The translations under genes and the position numbers were made by a program. From NCBI GenBank assembly GCA_036785375.1, contig JAWMAR010000098.1:3162001-3226000 (forward strand): a DNA stretch of 64,000 nucleotides, in the 5' to 3' direction. Below, piece by piece: positions 63,462 to 64,000 of the stretch. Within the stretch, counting starts at the first letter, position 1; every line of letters starts with the position of its first letter. This DNA is from Leucoraja ocellata (Eukaryota). The notes below the pieces were generated by a model. It was given only the letters and a program-made list of their open reading frames with translations, had not been told where the DNA came from and searched no databases.

Positions 63462-63599
63462 TAGGAAGGAATTGCAGATGCTGGTTTAAACCGTAGATAC
63501 AAAACGCTGGAGTAACTCAGCGGGACTGGCAGCATCTCTGGAGTATCCTTCTCTCCAGCACTTATGCTGAGTTACTCCAGCATTTTATGTCTATCTGTG
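63462..63599. mobile_element. PLE fold-back element (ribozyme core deleted) with 15-bp TSD
   Basis: aatat(t/c)cttaaagca at 63447-63461 and 63600-63614. Confidence 0.75.
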
Positions 63600-64000
63600 A
63601 ATATCCTTAAAGCAGCATGTTATAGGTCCGCTGCTCCGATTTACTGGTGCCTACCACACATTTGCAACTTCAATTCACCACTTCCCAGGAACACACAGGA
63701 CGCTAGCTACAATTGGCACATTTTCATGACAGACTGTGATCAATGGACACCATCTCACTGAATGGTTATTTCAAGGGCACACATGGTCACTGGAGACTCA
63801 ACAGAACTGACACACACAGACTGTCTACAATGGCTCATGGAAAGTGGGCCACCAAACTGAAGCATGCACTCCACTGGGAGGAACTATAAGCAAGGCACTT
63901 ATCTAACACCTCTGCACAGCATATAAGGGGCGAACAGCTAGCTGCAATCTGGAGGAAGAAGAATAATCACAGAAGAAAGAAATGGTCAGTGCTTGCAGTT

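Overview
Vertebrate genomic DNA, almost certainly from a cartilaginous fish (skate/ray-like, judged from HE1-type V-SINEs, CR1 LINEs, DeuSINE-like remnants and the Penelope family present). The whole window appears to lie inside a minus-strand zfhx3 (ATBF1) gene. Two coding exons are present: the large first coding exon (41105-43809, ATG at 43763) and the next 497-nt exon (27583-28079). Both have canonical GT-AG sites and splice in frame. The upstream non-coding exon and downstream exons were not found. The introns are rich in retroelements. The most striking feature is about 26 short copies of a Penelope-like element (PLE) terminus. Many are arranged as fold-back palindromes with 8-18 bp target-site duplications. 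Well-preserved copies carry a minimal hammerhead-ribozyme core (CUGAAGA-A-stem II-GAAA-CG-UH), and one copy is still attached to a GIY-YIG endonuclease remnant. Also seen: three upstream ATGs packed just before the zfhx3 start, a Tx1-type LINE end abutting a (GA)n tract, hAT- and Harbinger-like MITEs, nested insertions, repeat-free candidate enhancer blocks and two assembly gaps. Repeat boundaries are approximate, and family names come from recognition of the sequence, not from database searches.
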